In this document: positions 60,501 through 64,000 of the stretch, one piece after another
Numbering within the stretch: position 1 is the first letter of the stretch
Layout of the letters: each line of letters begins with the position of its first letter
Origin: Perna viridis
Taxonomy: Eukaryota
Reading direction: 5' to 3'
NCBI GenBank assembly: GCA_037379345.1
Contig: CM074519.1
Location: forward strand, 33,940,103-34,004,102
DNA length: 64,000 bases
The notes under the pieces: model-generated
The model's input: only the letters and a program-made list of their open reading frames with translations
What the model was told of the DNA's origin: nothing
The model's database searches: none
Made by a program: the position numbers and the translations under genes

Positions 60501-62469
60501 CTCGTTTTCCCAAGCATATTGTATACATCTTCAATAAAAGATAATAATCTAATAAAAATTTATCTTTTATTGAAAACAAACAGTTTTCCCCGTTTTAGAT
60601 GTACGAGGGTTGGGAACAGTTTATTACAGATTGGGAGACACGGGAAAGGGTGGGATCTCAAAATATTTATATGTATATGTACATGTAAACAAAAAGTCAT
60701 GTATATATAGCGTATGGGCTGCCCACATGTCTTATATATTCAATTCGTATTTATCCATATCAAATTCGCTTACATTCATGTATGTTATTGACAATACATA
60801 AATTTTAAGAAACATGTTTACAGGTTCAACTCGATCTATGAATATTTTATGGTAAAAATTTGACCTAGTCCATTTTTGTTGTGATATCCCGTGTACTCAA
60901 CTAGAATATAATCATACAATTACTACAAACCCTATACCTTTGTGTCTGTCGACAACCTGGAAACTTGGTAAATGTTGTAAACCCTCCATACCAATCTATG
61001 TAACTACAGTTATCCCCTCCTGTGTCAATCGGTATGTTTTGATGATAAGAGATGCATGCATGTCATAAATTATAAAATGAAAAAAAAAAAACGCATCCGC
61101 ATGATTTTAACTGCTTCAAATTTTCTTCATACTGGTCAAAATACAAAAAGGTTTCTATGCACATAGCTTGTTCATTGATATTAATAATCAAAATGATGAT
61201 CATTATATCATAACACGAGGACTTTATCTCGAATAATCTGCTCCATCGTGCTGCAGTTCACTGTTTAAAATTAACTTACTCAATAACTGAAGTCATATCT
61301 CCATGCAAGTTTCATTACAATTTGCATAATAATACATAAAGAATTGTTTAAAGCTGGCGGCTGAGTAGAGCAAATCAAGAATTGGAAAAGTCTTCACATG
61401 CTGAAATGCGATCGTCTTTGCTGTGACTTGCCGGACTTTTTTTACAAAATTATGGCAATGTGCAAATCCCGACGAGATGCATCAAATCTTCAACATTTTA
61501 AGAGTCGCTAGTAGGAAAGTGCTAATACCATGAAAGTCATCTGTCGAACGAGGTACGGAGAATGAAAATATACTAATGGTGAAAAATAATTAAAATAGAA
61601 ATATCTTATGGTCTACAATGTTGAGAATAGAATAATGTAAAGGATAAGGAGTTCCTTTAGCAATAAAAACATGTTGGTCTTCTTATGTTGAAACTGATAA
61701 CCAGTAAAAACATTATTCAAAATAAATAGAATGATATATAAACCAAACTTACATATGTTGGGGCTGTTCTTGGGCGATGGTAGTTTATATACCGTTTGGG
61801 TTGTTTCATTGTATCTATTTGCTCCTCTGTATAGGTCGACGACACCTTCGAATAATTCGACATCGACGAAACCGGGCGAGAATGAAGTGAACATGGTTCT
61901 TGATCACACGCTGTCTGAGGTCGGTCGTGCAACAGAATATCATGCATGTGGTTATAGTCGAAGCATCGGGAATGTCTATCGAAATAACGGTAGTCCGGGG
62001 CAGGGCTAGCCGGATGAAGGTTGATATTCTGTCGTCGACTGGCGTCCTCATATAATTTGTTCACGAGTGTAAAGCTCGATCTCATCTTAGCAACAGATCT
62101 GTGTCGCTCAGCGGCCGACCCCGCACTTCGAATCCTCGGCTGAGTCGGAACCCGAGGGGATTGCGAGTCGGTCGATAGGTATGATCGTGAACTCTTGCTG
62201 CTCCATGGTCTTTCTTGGGATTTGGTGTTGAATCGTGGCGGTGCCGTTCCTGGTCTGGTAGTCCGTGCTTTCCGAACGTGTCTTTCCAAAGGCGACGGTG
62301 GTTTCAGTCGAACCTCAGCATATGTATCCGTTTTTTCGCTAGGGAGCAATGCAAATGAGTCATCTTGAGGTAAAACCTCTGTACATTTTCTACTCTCATT
62401 TGCAAATAATTTATGTTTATATCCGTCAGCAATCCATGCTAGTCCTTCGTGGTAGTCTTCAAACACCAT
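32581..62469 (-). CDS. Uncharacterised 14-exon gene, about 716 aa; disordered N-terminus and linker, C-terminal EF-hand-like helical domain
   Basis: 14 GT-AG exons join in a single open frame (2151 nt). ATG is in AAAATGG context with an in-frame TGA 12 nt upstream; TAA at 32583-32581. I do not recognise the family. Additional small exons may have been missed. Confidence 0.78.
33156..33319 (-). CDS. Minus-strand gene exon 13 (ELEKALKNVL...LFSKMAALAERLLYPQY)
   Basis: ttcattttag / gtaagt; phase 0 to 2. Confidence 0.85.
33863..33981 (-). CDS. Minus-strand gene exon 12 (MTPKEYIINYCKITKRRQTLYDNVYRQTVGSGTKPMPYK)
   Basis: ttttatag / gtaatt; phase 1 to 0. Confidence 0.83.
34231..34341 (-). repeat. 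34-bp unit x3 starting exactly at the donor of minus-gene exon 11
   Basis: minus strand GTAGGTGTTGAGCAGTAATCATGTTTTTCAGTTC x3, then GTAGGTGTT. Confidence 0.9.
34342..34438 (-). CDS. Minus-strand gene exon 11 (KHTNRPQKVTGRLALSQQSSRFTLPIDMKELE)
   Basis: attacag / gtaggt; phase 0 to 1. Confidence 0.83.
35167..35308 (-). CDS. Minus-strand gene exon 10 (KEPEIKVNLPEPALPEF...RNKVEDD)
   Basis: ttttacag / gtaagt; phase 2 to 0. Confidence 0.83.
41021..41215 (-). mobile_element. 5'-truncated copy of the same retroelement 3' end
   Basis: Reverse complement matches 55530-55721. Confidence 0.85.
41772..42064 (-). CDS. Minus-strand gene exon 9 (Pro/Lys/Glu-rich, KNILTIP...PTPPPPAPVVEE)
   Basis: cttacag / gtaagt; phase 0 to 2; matches ORF 41768-42079. 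Confidence 0.85.
42217..42545 (-). mobile_element. Inverted copy of the ~330-bp MITE-like family with degenerate TIRs
   Basis: agaggtgattcg...gaaaacccaccga at left; ttggtaggtttctcttcaccatgaaccactttaccattag at right. Confidence 0.55.
43060..43378. repeat. Diverged duplication, period about 215 bp
   Basis: atgcaaaatcgaa.tttaca...aataattgaacatga.aggaata near 43105 and 43320. Confidence 0.6.
45299..45342 (-). CDS. Minus-strand gene exon 8 (MLDDDDDIKKKNKD); alternative in-frame acceptor at 45333
   Basis: ctgaag or gctag acceptor / gtaagt; phase 1 to 0, required to join exons 7 and 9. Confidence 0.68.
45805..46130 (+). mobile_element. Copy of the ~330-bp MITE-like family
   Basis: aaaaacccaccga 45832-45844 and tcggtggattttt 46115-46127 are inverted. 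Confidence 0.55.
47776..47838 (-). CDS. Minus-strand gene exon 7 (63 nt, NDNDNENEGIQLVPPVVIVE)
   Basis: atttcag / gtaagt; phase 1 to 1. Confidence 0.72.
48937..49025 (-). CDS. Minus-strand gene exon 6 (KGAGTGLDGKPGTPTSINEDLDRMDLNNM)
   Basis: attctag / gtatgt; phase 2 to 1. Confidence 0.75.
50266..50472 (-). mobile_element. 5'-truncated copy of the same retroelement 3' end
   Basis: Reverse complement matches 55530-55721. Confidence 0.85.
51433..51669 (-). mobile_element. 5'-truncated copy with triplicated 38-bp tail and TGATA flanking direct repeat
   Basis: tagagtaaccaagg...ggtaatca x3 followed by element body; TGATA at 51428-51432 and 51670-51674. Confidence 0.8.
52793..52834 (-). CDS. Minus-strand gene exon 5 (42 nt, SIPEHPDNKQDDL)
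   Basis: ttttctacag / gtaagt; phase 2 to 2. Confidence 0.7.
54346..54381 (-). CDS. Minus-strand gene exon 4 (36 nt, YEDDTSEILER)
   Basis: atttcag / gtaagt; phase 2 to 2. Confidence 0.7.
55530..55721 (+). mobile_element. 5'-truncated copy of the same retroelement 3' end
   Basis: gacgcttaccctaccggtgc...cttggttcccttgattactcttt. Confidence 0.85.
55854..56026 (-). CDS. Minus-strand gene exon 3 (SVQGSRPRFCNIV...DSGFDEFDYL...RWRRESTT)
   Basis: ataacag / gtatga; only one open frame; phase 0 to 2; GC-rich island. Confidence 0.8.
56385..56640 (-). mobile_element. SINE of the same family (3' part) with (CAAT)n tail seen as (GATT)n
   Basis: (gatt)n 56384-56419; ctgctttgtactag...tgtgctatctca matches the reverse complement of about 9670-9722. 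Confidence 0.6.
57426..57461 (-). CDS. Minus-strand gene exon 2 (36 nt, RSDLKSFQRRNY)
   Basis: tttttatttcag / gtaagt; phase 0 to 0. Confidence 0.65.
57515..57544. repeat. Poly(A) tract of 30 nt
   Basis: Homopolymer; poly(U) in the minus-gene pre-mRNA about 55 nt upstream of the 36-nt exon 2 acceptor. Confidence 0.9.
57831..58122 (+). mobile_element. Probable 5'-truncated LINE 3' end with (ATT)n tail
   Basis: ATG-less open frame FPLELHVELSEYDDESLVRILLGRK...FRRLCYIHIV...NTFL* (stop 58023-58025), short UTR, attattattattat tail. Confidence 0.45.
58235..58485. repeat. Compound minisatellite (25-bp aaactaaacatgcatgtggtacagg plus 13-bp atactggtacagg subunits)
   Basis: Directly visible; explains the spurious ORFs at 58146-58564. 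Confidence 0.88.
61753..62469 (-). CDS. Minus-strand gene exon 1 (239 aa, MVFEDYHEG...RPRTAPTY)
   Basis: Longest ORF in the window, GC-richer than flanks; donor TAT/gtaagt, phase 0. Confidence 0.88.
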
Positions 62470-64000
62470 TTTGACTTTTCACTGATAAGACAAGAACTAT
62501 TTTCTCATAATTTTATTCGTCGGCACACAAACTTTCGATTAAATCCGTTTCTGAAGTCAATTACACTAAAACAAGACACACCTAGCGTTTCATGTCACTT
62601 TGTACACAGAAACCATGTGTATCACAAACTAGAATTTAACAATATGCGTGGTCCGTACAAGGTAATCAAAATATATTCCCCAGTCAATGGTTTTAATGGG
62701 TTTTAAAATGTATCAATCGAAATACGATCCACTAAATATTCCGTCACAAACATCCATTTGAACGGGAGCAATGGTGTAGAAATTTTCATCTATATCAGAT
62801 AAGTTATTTACAAAGATACATAACACAACAAAACTGTAGTCAATTAGGCGTTCACATCACAATGGCAAAAAATCCGTATCAATATATTAGTTCCATTTCG
62901 GAATGGAATCTTGGCATTAGATCTACAACTTTGTTTACTGATACGTCCAACGTTAGGGGTATGGGTAGATTTCCAATCATAAATGCACAAGTGGATTATC
63001 GAACGCAATCAGAAGATAATCCCAATATTAGACAAACTTTAATCTCCTTAAGTCAGATTTTACCAGGTATCCAAACAAAATTACTCGATATCGGAATTTT
63101 ATATTTTAATTCATTTCAATTTAAACACTATTGATTCATATCAAGATTTAGAGTTAACTAGAACCTTGGCATCCCGCTTTCTGGAACATACAAAAAATGT
63201 CAAATTTGAACCTTAAATTACGAGATTACAAGCAATCTGAAGACTTTTGATCCAAAAAACAAATATTTTTTTCCAAGTTTATCACAATCAGTCTGAGTAA
63301 ATAGGACGAGATCAATAAAAGTAATTATGTTAAATCATACCTCTCAGGTAAAAATAAAGAGAGAGAAGTTCTTGGTTACAATATCGATCAGAAAAAGACT
63401 TAAAGAAAACAATTTCTATAAGATTTAATTTCATATTTTCGTATATTTAAAAGAAACATGTAAAGGCGTAGAAAGCTGATACCTAATAATAATATGAATT
63501 TTATTGTCCGATTATGTTAATTCTAGTACTCGGTAATTATAAAAATTATTTTGACACGTTCCAGAAAATTGACAAGTTTCGGAACTAATTTTAAATTTAA
63601 ATTGAAATCCTGATAGAACCCAACCTACTAATTTTTGGAAGAGTATTAATTGTACCTGAAAATAACATTATAGAGAAGAATATGCATCCCATTTTAACTG
63701 AAGTATTTATGTATTGAATGTAGAAATGACGCCGCTTCCGTTGCTTTATCAGATCTTACAATGGGATGCTTGATACCTTCTCACGAAAATCAGACCATCA
63801 AAAATAGAACAGAATGTCAACGACTTTTGCAATCAATTCTAATTAAAAGCCTTTTATCTGATCCTCGCTTTCCTGCTATTTTCATATACATTACTACAAC
63901 ACGCAATTAAAGAAAAGAGAAGTTGGAAATTACCGAGATATAACCACATATACAAATGTAACCGAAGAACATTTTGAGTTCGAAGTGTAGAAAATCTAAA

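Noticed and set aside
62470-64000. RFX X-box or defined promoter for the putative ciliary gene
   Set aside because: No convincing GTTNCCATGGNAAC-like site seen; the transcription start cannot be placed from sequence.

Overview
AT-rich eukaryotic genomic DNA, probably a bivalve mollusc (inferred from the repeat families). It holds two convergent, intron-rich genes that the ORF track almost entirely misses. (1) Plus strand: UBE3B (HECT E3 ubiquitin ligase). I assembled 29 phase-compatible GT-AG coding exons from 138 to 26912 (1023 aa, from inside the IQ motif to the terminal ...NTGFELS*); the first few dozen residues lie upstream of the window. (2) Minus strand: an uncharacterised 14-exon gene, 62469 to 32581 (about 716 aa). 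It has an R-P-x-S/T-rich N-terminus, a string of frame-symmetric small exons, a Pro/Lys/Glu-rich linker and a C-terminal domain resembling a degenerate EF-hand pair. Introns contain Penelope-like element 3' ends, tRNA-type SINEs, MITEs, Helentron-associated (HINE-like) elements and several tandem arrays. Most notable observations: two independent tandem arrays built from a 5' splice donor, a CpG-depletion boundary near 34-35 kb with a repeat family acting as internal control, a higher-order 71-bp minisatellite, and possibly abutting poly(A) sites of the two genes. No prokaryotic systems or CRISPR are present. All exon calls were made by eye without transcript data.
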